Of a stretch of DNA of 64,000 bases, positions 21,317 to 31,247 are shown piece after piece (the stretch's first letter is position 1; each line of letters starts with the position of its first letter). Under the pieces are notes generated by a model. That model had not been told where the DNA came from and did not search any database. It saw only the letters and a program-made list of their open reading frames with translations. The translations under genes were made by a program, and so were the position numbers. This stretch comes from an uncultured cyanobacterium (lineage in GTDB: Bacteria; Cyanobacteriota; Cyanobacteriia; Phormidesmidales; Phormidesmidaceae). The DNA is taken from assembly GCA_963793265.1 (NCBI GenBank), contig CAWBZI010000001.1:1836121-1900120 (forward strand), read 5' to 3'.

Positions 21317-22981
21317 ATGCTGAATAGAATCCTGAACTTACCACTTTCCATTTCCGCTTTTACGTTAACTCTACTAGGTGCCACCTTTAGCGCTCAGGCC
21401 GCAACCGTGATTGGCGGGCCTACCAGCGGGCAGTTCAAGGTCAGTGATTTACCCAACGGCAACTATCGCTTTTGTAGCGATCGCCCTACCTCTGAAGCCA
21501 GCGAAGAGCCCGGCCAGCCGACAGGAGCCTGCTTTAGGTTCAATAAGCAGAGCGATCGCGTCATTGGCACCTACTACTACCCCAACACAGGCGAGAGCAT
21601 TTGCTTTCGAGGCCGCGTTAATAGCAACACGCTCAGCGGCCAGGCGATCGAAAGGTTGCAGGGCGACATTGCCACTTCAGTAGAATTCTCACGTGGGGCG
21701 CTGACGAACTGGCAGGAAAAAGGCTTTCTAAAAGTTGGTCAGGGCATCTACGTAGACGATCTCAACCGTCGCGATGCCATTCGCTACCGCAGCGCGCTGC
21801 TGAACCTCAATAACTTTTACCAGTACAATGCCGGGGCTATCTCGCCCCCTAGCAACTGTCCGACTCGGCCTAGCAGCACGCTCAGCGTCTCCCCTACGCC
21901 TGATAGTTTAGAAGAACTTGGCACGTCGCTTTTCTATAACAAACCTGTTTCTCTAGTCACTAGCAGCATTCAGCCAGTAGAGGGTGATGCCGACGTTTAC
22001 GCCTATACAACAATCATCGGCTTCCCGGCTCGCTTGAGTGAAAGTGAGTATCAGGTGAACTGTCGTAATGCGGAGACGGTTTTGCTATTGCGATCGCGCT
22101 ACTACGACAGCGATGGTGATTTGCAAGAGCTTGAGCTAGTCGATCGTCTGGTTGCAGCCAATCAAGAGAACGCGGCCACCACTCAGCGCTACAATGCCAA
22201 TCGCTACGTCTGCCGTGAGCAGGCACAGCTATCTGGTGATACCGATACTAATGCGGCTGATACTGATGTGATCGCTGCGCCTGAAGAGGTGAGCTACAAG
22301 CGCTATCGAAATGAGAAGTTTGACTATTCTGTGCTCTATCCTGACGCTATCTTGATGCCTCAAGGTGAATCGCCAGATCAAGGCGGCCAGGTATTCGAGA
22401 GCGAAGATGGCGAGATTGTGCTGCGAGTGTATGGCGTGGCGCAAGCCGAGGGTGAGACGCTAGTAGAGCGATATGAGCAGGCGCGAGCCGATCGCAGTGT
22501 GACCTATCAAACCCGAGAAGATAATGACTTTTTCGTGGTGTCGGGTAACGATGACGGCAGCGTGTTCTATCAAAAGACCCTTCTAGAGAACGGTGTTTTT
22601 AAGGTTCTAGAGCTGCAATATTCGCAGGCTTTACGGCGGGAGTTTGATGCGGCAGCGCGGGCGATCGCGGATTCCTTTGCACCGATAGAATCTGGCGCGG
22701 GCCTTGCTCAGCTACCAGCAGACGTGCAAACGGCAGTGCTAGAAGCAGCCTCTGCTAATACCGAAGCCGCATCAGCCATTTTCCAGATTGTAGATGTAGA
22801 GCAAGAAGTGTGGCCGGGTGGATGCTTGGGCTTGCCTCAGCCAGACGAAGCCTGCACCAGAGAGCTGGTTCAAGGGTGGCGCGTACGGCTAGAAGCTGAG
22901 GTGGCAGGCGGCATTCGGCAGTTTACCTATCGCACAGATGACACCGGTAGTCGGGTCAGATTTGAGCCTCAGCAGCAATAA
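21317..22981 (+). CDS. Exported multidomain hypothetical protein
   Basis: Signal peptide AQA|AT; several distinct domains, including a C-terminal WPGGCLG...CT..LV.GW..YRT module. Confidence 0.75.
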   Translation: MLNRILNLPLSISAFTLTLLGATFSAQAATVIGGPTSGQFKVSDLPNGNYRFCSDRPTSEASEEPGQPTGACFRFNKQSDRVIGTYYYPNTGESICFRGRVNSNTLSGQAIERLQGDIATSVEFSRGALTNWQEKGFLKVGQGIYVDDLNRRDAIRYRSALLNLNNFYQYNAGAISPPSNCPTRPSSTLSVSPTPDSLEELGTSLFYNKPVSLVTSSIQPVEGDADVYAYTTIIGFPARLSESEYQVNCRNAETVLLLRSRYYDSDGDLQELELVDRLVAANQENAATTQRYNANRYVCREQAQLSGDTDTNAADTDVIAAPEEVSYKRYRNEKFDYSVLYPDAILMPQGESPDQGGQVFESEDGEIVLRVYGVAQAEGETLVERYEQARADRSVTYQTREDNDFFVVSGNDDGSVFYQKTLLENGVFKVLELQYSQALRREFDAAARAIADSFAPIESGAGLAQLPADVQTAVLEAASANTEAASAIFQIVDVEQEVWPGGCLGLPQPDEACTRELVQGWRVRLEAEVAGGIRQFTYRTDDTGSRVRFEPQQQ

Positions 22982-23035
22982 AAAAAGTCCAAACACCCCG
23001 CAGGCATCGCCAGAATTGTGGGGGCGTAAGGCTTT

Positions 23036-23274
23036 CATTGGTGTCAACTTAAGGCTGAAATGCTTGCAGTCATAGGTGTTCAGCATACGTTTCGTAGCCC
23101 TCATCCCTAGCCCTTTAAAGACACAACTTAGTGACACCTTGGTAGCATAGTGCGTTTTCCCGAGGGGAGAAGGGAACCCGGACTCTGAAGTCCTTCTCCC
23201 CTCGGGAGAAGGATTTAGGATGAGGGCTGAGCAGCTTACGCCACAGGGGATACATGCTTAAGTTGACACCAATG
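23036..23274. mobile_element. 239-bp MITE, copy 1
   Basis: Perfect 18-bp TIRs CATTGGTGTCAACTTAAG; 8-bp target duplication AAGGCTTT (23028-23035 and 23275-23282); no transposase. Confidence 0.92.
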
Positions 23275-23442
23275 AAGGCTTTACGCCCTCCGGCGCAGCA
23301 AATCATTAAATCTTCGATTACAAAGAGCCGCATATCTAGAAATGTTAATTTGTGAGTACCTCACATAGCGCAAAGTAGCCACCGCTGTAAATTAGGGGCT
23401 CTATGAGCACAGATTGACGCCGTGCAGTTTACGAAGCTTCCT

Positions 23443-24072
23443 ATGCCCAGCGATGCCTACAGTACAACTTCCTTGGCCTGGCGGACTCGTTTGCTCTGGC
23501 AGCGTTTTAGAGAGTGGATGGAATATCGGGCGTCTTTAATTGACGTGGATTTTCCTGACTTCCCTGAGCTACCCGAGTGGTCGTTTCCAGCCGAGGTGGC
23601 TCAAGTGCTGTTTTGGCTGCTGCTGGTTGCGCTGACTGCCTGGCTAGGCTTGCTGCTATACCGGGCCTTTGGGCCTTCGATTCGAGAGTGGCTAGAGCGC
23701 GATCAAAAGTGGGTAAAGCTCGGCGGCAGTCCGTCTACGGCGGCAGAAGATCGCAGCGTTCAGTATTGGCAGCAGCAGGCGCAGGATTTGGCAAAGCAGG
23801 GTAACTATGCCGCTGCTTGTAAGGCGCTGTATCGGGCGACGCTGCAACGTCTGCATGATGCTCAGGTGCTCAAGCATGACGCGAGTCGGACAGATGGCGA
23901 GTATATGACGGGGCTGCGTCGGCTGTTGGGCGATATGCCAAGACCCTATCAACTGCTGATTGGGACGCATGAGCGGCTGGTGTATGGGCGTGCGATCGCC
24001 TCAGCCGAAATGTTCAAACGCTGCCGCAGTGCTTATGAAGCGCTACAAGCCGAGGAGACGCCAAAGCGATGA
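23443..24072 (+). CDS. DUF4129 domain membrane protein
   Basis: TM helix followed by A...A..GNY..A...LY..L...SRTDGEY...HERLVYG; start 23422 or 23443. Confidence 0.8.
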   Translation: MPSDAYSTTSLAWRTRLLWQRFREWMEYRASLIDVDFPDFPELPEWSFPAEVAQVLFWLLLVALTAWLGLLLYRAFGPSIREWLERDQKWVKLGGSPSTAAEDRSVQYWQQQAQDLAKQGNYAAACKALYRATLQRLHDAQVLKHDASRTDGEYMTGLRRLLGDMPRPYQLLIGTHERLVYGRAIASAEMFKRCRSAYEALQAEETPKR

Positions 24073-25187
24073 ATATTTCTCGTCCTCGTCGCCGCAACAT
24101 TGTCATTGGACTGGTTGCGATCGCCCTATTAGCCCTCTTTCTCGTCGCCGCCCCCGCCAGCAACCGTATCAACAGCGGTTCTACCTGGGGCACCTCACCT
24201 GATGGCTACGGAGCCTGGTACGACTACATGCAGGCGCAAGGCGCACCCATTGAACGGTGGCAGCGCCCTATCGATCAGCTTATAGCGCAAGTTGAAGGCG
24301 CATCAGCCAGCGAACCTGCAACGCTATTGCGAGTCGTCCCTGCTGCTGTGGGCACTCAAATGATTGGACAGTCCGGGCTAGGCGATTGGATAGAGCAAGG
24401 GAACCGTTTAATTGTTTTAAGCCAGCAGCAGCCAGCGACAGCCGCCCCTTTTGAATCGCGGATATCTTCGGAAGGAGACGCCGTGAAAGTTTCAACGCGT
24501 CGCCGCTTTGATGAAAAAGGAACAGAATATTTACTAGCCGATGACTATGGTGCAGTCGTCTGGCAAGACAAAGACGACGCCAGCGATATTATTTTCTCGA
24601 CCACGCCATTTATTGCTGCAAATGCGTATCGTGATGAGGCTGATAACTTCGAGTTTTTAGCCAGATTGGTACAACAGTCCGAAGGGCCCATTTGGGTAGA
24701 TGAGTACATTCACGGCTACAAGGATAGCGATGTGGTAGTTGAAGAAGTGGCAGGTACCTGGCTTGGCTATTTGTCTCAAACACCGCTACTTGTTGTTGTG
24801 CTGCAATCTGTTGTTGTTTTGATAGTTGCGTTAATCGCTCAGAACCGTCGCTTGGGCGTTAGAAAACAGATTTCAGTCTTGCAGGTCAATAATAGTGAGG
24901 CTTATATCAAGGCTTTGGCGGGCGTACTGCATAAGGCGAACAGTCACGATTTTTTAGTAGAAACCTTGACCCGCGCTGAGCAGAAGGCGCTTCAGCGATC
25001 ACTCGGCTTAGGTGAAGCCCCCGTGCCCCTAGCCACCTTGCAAACCGCCTGGCAGCAGTCTACCGGCAAAAGTTCAGACGAGTTAAACGTTTTGCAATCT
25101 GCACCCAGAGGCGACTCGGCCCTGCAATCTTGGCTACGGCAGCTTCAGTCCCTCCGCACTCTTGTAAACAAGGAACAACAATCATGA
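24069..25187 (+). CDS. DUF4350 domain membrane protein
   Basis: GSTW...PDGYGAW, IWVDEYIHG, C-terminal TM followed by RRLG and YIKALAGVL; translationally coupled to neighbours. Confidence 0.8.
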   Translation: MNISRPRRRNIVIGLVAIALLALFLVAAPASNRINSGSTWGTSPDGYGAWYDYMQAQGAPIERWQRPIDQLIAQVEGASASEPATLLRVVPAAVGTQMIGQSGLGDWIEQGNRLIVLSQQQPATAAPFESRISSEGDAVKVSTRRRFDEKGTEYLLADDYGAVVWQDKDDASDIIFSTTPFIAANAYRDEADNFEFLARLVQQSEGPIWVDEYIHGYKDSDVVVEEVAGTWLGYLSQTPLLVVVLQSVVVLIVALIAQNRRLGVRKQISVLQVNNSEAYIKALAGVLHKANSHDFLVETLTRAEQKALQRSLGLGEAPVPLATLQTAWQQSTGKSSDELNVLQSAPRGDSALQSWLRQLQSLRTLVNKEQQS

Positions 25188-26134
25188 ATGAGCTGCAAGC
25201 CAGCCTCAGCCGCATCAGCAAATCGGTCAATCAGGTCGTCGTCGGTCAGCAGGGACTCGTCAATCAGCTACTTGTCGCCCTGCTCGCAGGCGGACACGTG
25301 ATTTTAGAAGGCGTGCCCGGTACCGGCAAAACCCTGCTTGTGAAAGTAATCTCGCAGCTTCTTCAGGCCGACTTTTGCCGGGTGCAGCTCACGCCTGACA
25401 TCTTACCCTCTGATATTCTAGGCACCAACGTATTTGACCTCAACAGTCGAACGTTCGATCTGAAAAAAGGCCCGGTGTTTACTCAGGTTTTACTGGCTGA
25501 TGAAGTCAACCGCACGCCGCCCAAAACTCAGGCGGCTCTGTTGGAAGCCATGGAAGAGCAGCAGGTCACGCTCGATGGCACTAGCCATCCGCTTCCTGAC
25601 TTGTTTTGGGTAGTTGCCACGCAAAACCCCTTGGAATACGAAGGGACTTATCCGCTGCCCGAAGCCCAGCTAGACCGCTTTTTGTTTAAGCTCATCGTTG
25701 ACTATCCAACGCCTGAAGCCGAAAAGCAAATGCTGATGAATGCGCAGGCGGGCTTTGAGGCTAAGCGAGCAGATTTAGCGCAAATTCAGCCGGTGACGAC
25801 TGCCGCTGACATTTTGAAAGTGCGACAGGCGGTAAATCAGGTGACGGTACAGGAGCCTGTTTTAGATTATCTGCTGGCGCTGGCCCAAAAGACTCGGCAG
25901 CATTCTGATTTGGATGTGGGCACTTCGCCTAGAGCGGTAGTGCAGTGGCTCAGGGCGAGTAAGTCTTACGCCTGGCTGCACGGTCAGGATTACGTTTCGC
26001 CGGATGCTGTAAAAGCGGTTTCTCTGCCATTGCTTCGACATCGGTTAATTTTAGGCGCAGAGGCTCAGCTTGATGGATCTAGCACGGATGATGTGATTCG
26101 CGGTTTGTTAGAAAGTGTGCCGGTACCTCGTTAA
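25184..26134 (+). CDS. MoxR family AAA+ ATPase
   Basis: GHVILEGVPGTGKT, LLADEVNRTPPKTQAALLEAMEE, ATQNPLE.EGTYPLPEAQLDRF. Confidence 0.93.
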   Translation: MNELQASLSRISKSVNQVVVGQQGLVNQLLVALLAGGHVILEGVPGTGKTLLVKVISQLLQADFCRVQLTPDILPSDILGTNVFDLNSRTFDLKKGPVFTQVLLADEVNRTPPKTQAALLEAMEEQQVTLDGTSHPLPDLFWVVATQNPLEYEGTYPLPEAQLDRFLFKLIVDYPTPEAEKQMLMNAQAGFEAKRADLAQIQPVTTAADILKVRQAVNQVTVQEPVLDYLLALAQKTRQHSDLDVGTSPRAVVQWLRASKSYAWLHGQDYVSPDAVKAVSLPLLRHRLILGAEAQLDGSSTDDVIRGLLESVPVPR

Positions 26135-26150
26135 ATAAAACAACAACATT

Positions 26151-27467
26151 ATGGTTCCGACTAAAAGAACATACGGGCTCCTAATTGCAGGCGGGGCGAT
26201 CGCAACTCTCCTAGCAACCTTTGGCCGTGACACCAACCAAATAGCACCCACCTTACTCCTCCTCTTCTGCTTCGACGGCGCGATCCTCTTGGCCATGCTC
26301 TTCGACGGCCTGCAAACCCGAAAGCAGCGCGTCGAAATATCTCGCGTCCCTTTGCAGCGTCTATCCATCGGACGCGACAACCCTATTGAACTAGACATCA
26401 AGTCCAAAGCCGCTGCCGATCTGCTGATATACGACAGCTATCCAGCGGCCTTTGCAGGGCCAGAAATGCCGCTGCGAGCAAAGCTGCTGGCAAATGGTAC
26501 CCAAACGCTCAACTACACCGTGAATCCTAAGCGCCGGGGCGACTATGCCTGGGGTGATATTGAAGTGAGGCAGCGCGGGCCGCTGAAGCTAGCCTGGGCA
26601 GGGTGGCGCATCCCGGCGGCTGAATCGGTGGCAGTCTATCCTGATTTGATTGGCCTGCGGCAGCTTTCCATTCGCCTCGCTTTGCAGTCTACAGGCACCC
26701 TGCGGCAGAAGCGACGTATGGGCGTAGGGACTGAGTTTGCTGAGCTAAGAGAATACGGGGCGGGCGACGATCTGCGCTTTATTGACTGGAAGGCAACGGC
26801 CCGGCGCTCTCAGCCGCTGATTCGTGTTTTAGAACCTGAGAAAGAACAAACGTTGATTATCTTGCTCGACCGGGGGCGACTGATGACGGCTCAGGTGCAA
26901 GGGCTCTCTCGGTTTGACTGGGGGCTGAACGCGACGTTGGCGCTGGCATTAGCGGGGATTAGTCGGGGCGATCGCGTCGGCATCGGCATCTTTGATCGCA
27001 CCCTCCACACCTGGATGCCGCCTAAACGCGGCCAGCCCTACCTGCGCCAGATGATCGAAAAGCTCACGCCTATTCAACCTGATCTAGTCGAGTCCGATTA
27101 TCTAGGCGCGGTGACCCACGTGGTTAGAGCGCAGAATCGCCGGGCCTTGGTAGTTGCCATTACAGATGTAGTGGATCAGACGGCTTCGGCTGAGCTATTA
27201 TCGGCGCTGATTCGGTTGCGATCGCGCTACCTCCCCTTTTGCGTCACCCTCCGCGACCCGCAGATGGATACTCAGGCCCAGTCGATCCAAACCACAGTTG
27301 CCGGAGCCTACGAAAAAGCTGTTGCAATTGACCTAATTGCGCAAAGACAGGCTGCACTAAGTCGCCTCAAAAAGAGCGGCGTTATGGTGCTAGATGCGCC
27401 TGCCAATGTCATCACAGAGCCGCTAGTAGATAGCTATTTGCGCATTAAAGCCCGCGCTCAGCTATAG
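26151..27467 (+). CDS. DUF58 (vWA-like) protein
   Basis: GTEFAELREY..GDDLRFIDWKATAR, ILLDRGRLM, N-terminal TM pair. Confidence 0.88.
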   Translation: MVPTKRTYGLLIAGGAIATLLATFGRDTNQIAPTLLLLFCFDGAILLAMLFDGLQTRKQRVEISRVPLQRLSIGRDNPIELDIKSKAAADLLIYDSYPAAFAGPEMPLRAKLLANGTQTLNYTVNPKRRGDYAWGDIEVRQRGPLKLAWAGWRIPAAESVAVYPDLIGLRQLSIRLALQSTGTLRQKRRMGVGTEFAELREYGAGDDLRFIDWKATARRSQPLIRVLEPEKEQTLIILLDRGRLMTAQVQGLSRFDWGLNATLALALAGISRGDRVGIGIFDRTLHTWMPPKRGQPYLRQMIEKLTPIQPDLVESDYLGAVTHVVRAQNRRALVVAITDVVDQTASAELLSALIRLRSRYLPFCVTLRDPQMDTQAQSIQTTVAGAYEKAVAIDLIAQRQAALSRLKKSGVMVLDAPANVITEPLVDSYLRIKARAQL

Positions 27468-27601
27468 CGTCATTTTGAAGATAGTCATTTCAAAATCCGT
27501 TGTTCTTACGGATGTCGCTGCTAAATGAATAGGCAATAACGCAAATAGCGTGGCTGTTGTTTTATGGCCACAGCCTACTCATTTTTGCGAGAGAATTGAC
27601 T

Positions 27602-28780
27602 ATGCCATCCAGTCTAGAATTGAACATTAACAATATCGTTGCTGCTGCCAATGGAAGCCCGACTTTTGCGGGGCTTATTGAAGGCTTACAGACGCAGCCC
27701 GTCAACACATTGTTCAGCAGCTTAGGGGCACAGGTTCTTACAACGCAGTTTTATCTTGGCAGTCAAAACCTACCGTCACTCTTTCCTGCTACCAGTGCGA
27801 TCACAGGCTTAGGTGCCTTTGGTCAAGCCATTCTAAACGACGATATTCTTCCTGATGTTGCACCTAGCGACCCGGCCTCGGATGTCTTAGGCAGTACGCT
27901 TTCTAACCTTCAAGCTAAAGTCATTGAGCTACAGAACTTAGGCGTCAGTACCGTTGCATTTCCGACTCTTACGCAAAGCGCGGCGCTTGCCTATGTCGCA
28001 ACGCTGGCCTACAACACAGCGTCTACTGGCACGAGCAACCCCGATGCTTTGATCAACGGCCAGAATGGTCAGCTTGTGCTTAACGGCGGTGCGGGCGATG
28101 ACCTTATCGGTAATCTGGGCCGCGGCGACTATCAGCTCAATGGTGGCGACGGTGACGACATTATGGCAAATATCAGCCGATTCACCAGCGTTTTAGATGG
28201 CGGAGAGGGTAACGACTGGCTGCTCAATATTGGTACGCGCGGCAAGACTGTGAAGGGCGGCGCGGGTGATGACACGCTGATAAATATTGGCAGTCGGCGC
28301 AACCGTTTGATGGGCGGCGATGGCAACGATATGTTGTTCAACTACGGTGAAGATAACAACTTTTTAAACGGCGGTAAGGGCGACGATTTAATCGTTCACT
28401 TTGGCAACGACGCGAAGATATTTGGGGGCGCAGGTAAAGATACGCTCGTCGGTGGTACTGGCGATGATTTGCTCAACGGTGGTGGCGGCGATGATGTTTT
28501 GGTCGGCAACGGCGGTAGCGATACCTTCTTCCTGAGCATGAGAGCCAATCTTGTACTTGGTGGGCTAGCCACTGCGTTTGCTGGCTTAGATGTCATTGCT
28601 GACTTTGATGATGCTGTAGATGAGTTGAAGCTGAGAGTGACTGGCAGTGGTCGCAGCTCAGTAAACAACAGTGACTTGTCATTTGATAGTACGAGCGGCG
28701 TACTTTCGTATGATGGAGCGAATTTGGCGGTGCTCGAAGGCGTTAGCAACTTTGATGTGAATACGGTTCAGATCGTTTAG
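27602..28780 (+). CDS. RTX-type calcium-binding protein
   Basis: C-terminal half made of GGxGDD nonapeptides; DVIADF....D.L T1SS-like tail. Confidence 0.85.
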   Translation: MPSSLELNINNIVAAANGSPTFAGLIEGLQTQPVNTLFSSLGAQVLTTQFYLGSQNLPSLFPATSAITGLGAFGQAILNDDILPDVAPSDPASDVLGSTLSNLQAKVIELQNLGVSTVAFPTLTQSAALAYVATLAYNTASTGTSNPDALINGQNGQLVLNGGAGDDLIGNLGRGDYQLNGGDGDDIMANISRFTSVLDGGEGNDWLLNIGTRGKTVKGGAGDDTLINIGSRRNRLMGGDGNDMLFNYGEDNNFLNGGKGDDLIVHFGNDAKIFGGAGKDTLVGGTGDDLLNGGGGDDVLVGNGGSDTFFLSMRANLVLGGLATAFAGLDVIADFDDAVDELKLRVTGSGRSSVNNSDLSFDSTSGVLSYDGANLAVLEGVSNFDVNTVQIV

Positions 28781-28837
28781 CGTGATTTGAAAGACTGGTA
28801 GATAGATAACAACATTGGGTAGAGGGCGTAAGACCTT

Positions 28838-29076
28838 CATTGGTGTCAACTTAAGCATGTATCCCTTGTGGCGTAAGCTGCTCAGCCCTCATCCTAAATC
28901 CTTCTCCCGAAGGGAGAAGGACTTCAGAGTCCGGGTTCCCTTCTCCCCTCGGGAAAACGCACTATGCTACCAAGGTGTCACTAAGTTGTGTCTTTAAAGG
29001 GCTAGGGATGAGGGCTACGAAACGTATGCTGAACACCTATGACTGCAAGCATTTCAGCCTTAAGTTGACACCAATG
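28838..29076. mobile_element. 239-bp MITE, copy 2 (inverted relative to copy 1)
   Basis: Same TIRs; 8-bp duplication AAGACCTT (28830-28837 and 29077-29084); two substitutions versus copy 1 by manual alignment. Confidence 0.92.
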
Positions 29077-29104
29077 AAGACCTTACGCCCCTACGGAATC
29101 TGCG

Positions 29105-29128
29105 GTAGGGGCGTAGGGCTTTACGCCC
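29105..29128. repeat. GTAG-type REP/SDR-like palindrome
   Basis: GTAGGGGCGTAGGGCTTTACGCCC, next to the interrupted palindrome that hosts MITE copy 2. Confidence 0.7.
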
Positions 29129-29138
29129 AGTGCAACAA

Positions 29139-30137
29139 TTAAGGCATCATCTCAGGCCGCTGCCGCTGACAATAGCGCACCAGTCCAATAAATATCACTG
29201 TCCCCACCACGTATTTAAGCTCATTTGGAATCCAGGTCTGCGGTGAGAAAAACCCTTCAATAATCCCCGCAATCACCAGCATCGGCACAATGCCGTACAC
29301 GAGCTTAGCTGCCTGCAATCCATACACCTTCAGCGCGTCAATCCGCTTATACTGCCCCGGCAGCAAAATGGCTCTGGCTAACAGCAGCCCCGCTCCCCCC
29401 GCAAAGAAAATCGCCGGTAGCTCTAAAGATCCATGCGGGAACACAAACGCCCACAGGTCATAAGCGAGATTGACCTGCGCTACTAAAGCGGACACGCAGC
29501 CGATCATGACGCCGTTGAACACTAATAGATAGACCGTGAACCCGCCAGGTGGCGTAATCAGCGGCACCTCTTTTAGGTACATCGCAATGCCGCCAATCAT
29601 GGCGAAAAAAGAAACGGAAATATTGTTGATCATGAGGCCGCTAGAGGCGATTGGCTCAACGCCCATAATCGAAACTGTCCATAGCTCTTTGCTAGAGCGC
29701 ACCTCTTCGACAAAGCCATTGCCGAGCACCAGGGTCATAAAGCTGTCGTCTTGCCAGGCGTACCACCAGCCAATCGCACCGCCGATAAAAAATAGTAGGG
29801 TTGCGATCGCAATATACACCCAAGAGCGCTGCACCACTTCTGGAAAGCCATAGCGGTAGAAGTCTTTCAGTTCGCTCCATTCCTGCCGCCGAGAGCCCTG
29901 ATAAATCTGGCTATAGCCCCTCGTCGTAAGCCCCCGCAAATCTTTAATCACCGCTGGACTAATTTGATAGCTTTGCGCGCGCGCTAAATCAGCTGATACC
30001 GACCGATACAAACTAGCCATCTGTCGCACCTGATCGCTTGTCAGAGACTTCAGTCCCTTCTTTTCAGCCTGCTTAAGGAGCTGTTCAAGCTGCCGCCAGC
30101 TCTTTTCGCGCCGGGCTATCCATCGCTGCACATTCAT
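29139..30137 (-). CDS. Stage II sporulation protein M (DUF95) family membrane protein
   Basis: W..LE.LL, LYRSVSADLARA, NNISVSF, PHGSLELPAI, AGIIEGFFSP. Confidence 0.88.
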   Translation of the reverse strand: MNVQRWIARREKSWRQLEQLLKQAEKKGLKSLTSDQVRQMASLYRSVSADLARAQSYQISPAVIKDLRGLTTRGYSQIYQGSRRQEWSELKDFYRYGFPEVVQRSWVYIAIATLLFFIGGAIGWWYAWQDDSFMTLVLGNGFVEEVRSSKELWTVSIMGVEPIASSGLMINNISVSFFAMIGGIAMYLKEVPLITPPGGFTVYLLVFNGVMIGCVSALVAQVNLAYDLWAFVFPHGSLELPAIFFAGGAGLLLARAILLPGQYKRIDALKVYGLQAAKLVYGIVPMLVIAGIIEGFFSPQTWIPNELKYVVGTVIFIGLVRYCQRQRPEMMP

Positions 30138-30330
30138 ACGTGTGAGCCTTCATCTACGGTTAAGGCTTTCAGGATACCGCTAAGTCGGGGCTTCTTGGCC
30201 CGTGGGTTTACGGGCGGGTTGGCATGGGCGATCGCACATCGCAAAAAGTTCATGATCGCATAGCATTTCTAATTTCTGTAGTAATCTGACACAACTGCTA
30301 TACGCATACTTGTTTAAAGGGCATTGCATA

Positions 30331-31164
30331 ATGACTTCCTCTTTATATTCCATACCAGGGCCACTCAATCCCGGCGATGTCGTTAGCGCCGCACTGCGGA
30401 TCTATCGCGACAGATTTAAAGCTTATTTTGAAATTTCGGCCAAAGCAGTTCTTTGGGCAATCGTGCCGATTTATGGCTGGGCAAAGTTTTCTCTATACGT
30501 CAGCATGATGTCGCGCCTGGCCTTTCAAGAGCTTATGAACGCACCTGAAACGCCTCGGAATGCTCACCAGCAGCTCAAACCGAAGCTCTGGTCATTTCTT
30601 TGGTTAGGCTTTCTGCTGTTTTTCATATTTGCTGCTGCCTTTTTTGTCGTCATTATTGCTACTGCCATTGTCGCTGGCGTTATTGGCACAGCCGCGACCT
30701 ATCTACTGACCGCAATCTTTGGCCCAGGCGGTACCGTCTTTGGCAGCCTGATTACAGGGCTATTGTTTGCCGTGTTATTCGTCATCGGCCTGCTGTGGAT
30801 TGTTAGCCGACTGATGATCGCTGAAGTGCCTTTGGCCATCGAGCCAGACACAGGAGCCAGCGACAGCATAGGTCGGAGCTGGCAGCTTACCAAAAGCTCT
30901 ATTGTGCGGATTCAGTTCGTTGTACTAGCGGCTTATCTTATCACCTTGCCCTTCAACATCATTGTGGGATTTCTTCCTCAAATTTTCCTTTTTGCCTTAG
31001 AGCCCGGTACGTTTGCCTACTCGCTGCTCTACTTCGTCTCTATTGTTTTGAGCCTGCTAGCTAACATGGTGACGCTGCCCTTTTGGCAGGCGGTTAAAGG
31101 CGTGCTTTATTACGATGTACGCAGCCGCCGCGAAGGTTTGGATCTCAAGATAAATCAGTTCTGA
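30331..31164 (+). CDS. Conserved integral membrane protein of MoxR/SpoIIM/RDD loci
   Basis: PLNPGDVVSAALRIYR, SIGRSWQLTK and LYYDVRSRREGLDL motifs; multiple TM helices. Confidence 0.78.
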   Translation: MTSSLYSIPGPLNPGDVVSAALRIYRDRFKAYFEISAKAVLWAIVPIYGWAKFSLYVSMMSRLAFQELMNAPETPRNAHQQLKPKLWSFLWLGFLLFFIFAAAFFVVIIATAIVAGVIGTAATYLLTAIFGPGGTVFGSLITGLLFAVLFVIGLLWIVSRLMIAEVPLAIEPDTGASDSIGRSWQLTKSSIVRIQFVVLAAYLITLPFNIIVGFLPQIFLFALEPGTFAYSLLYFVSIVLSLLANMVTLPFWQAVKGVLYYDVRSRREGLDLKINQF

Positions 31165-31247
31165 TCTATCTGAAATGTAGCAGAGCGCAGATGCAGGGCA
31201 TAAAAGGAGCAGAATGCAAAAATGATAGAAATTCTGCTGAGGTGAGC

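Noticed and set aside
23097..23227. CRISPR-like hairpin repeats
   Set aside because: No regular repeat-spacer period and no cas genes in the window.
23115..23333. Near-identical small ORFs at 23115-23333 and 28815-28997
   Set aside because: They are frames running through the MITE; identity reflects the repeat, not a protein family.
23036..29076. Composite transposon or inversion bounded by the two inverted MITEs
   Set aside because: Each copy keeps its own matching duplication (AAGGCTTT and AAGACCTT) on both sides, indicating two independent insertions and no net inversion.
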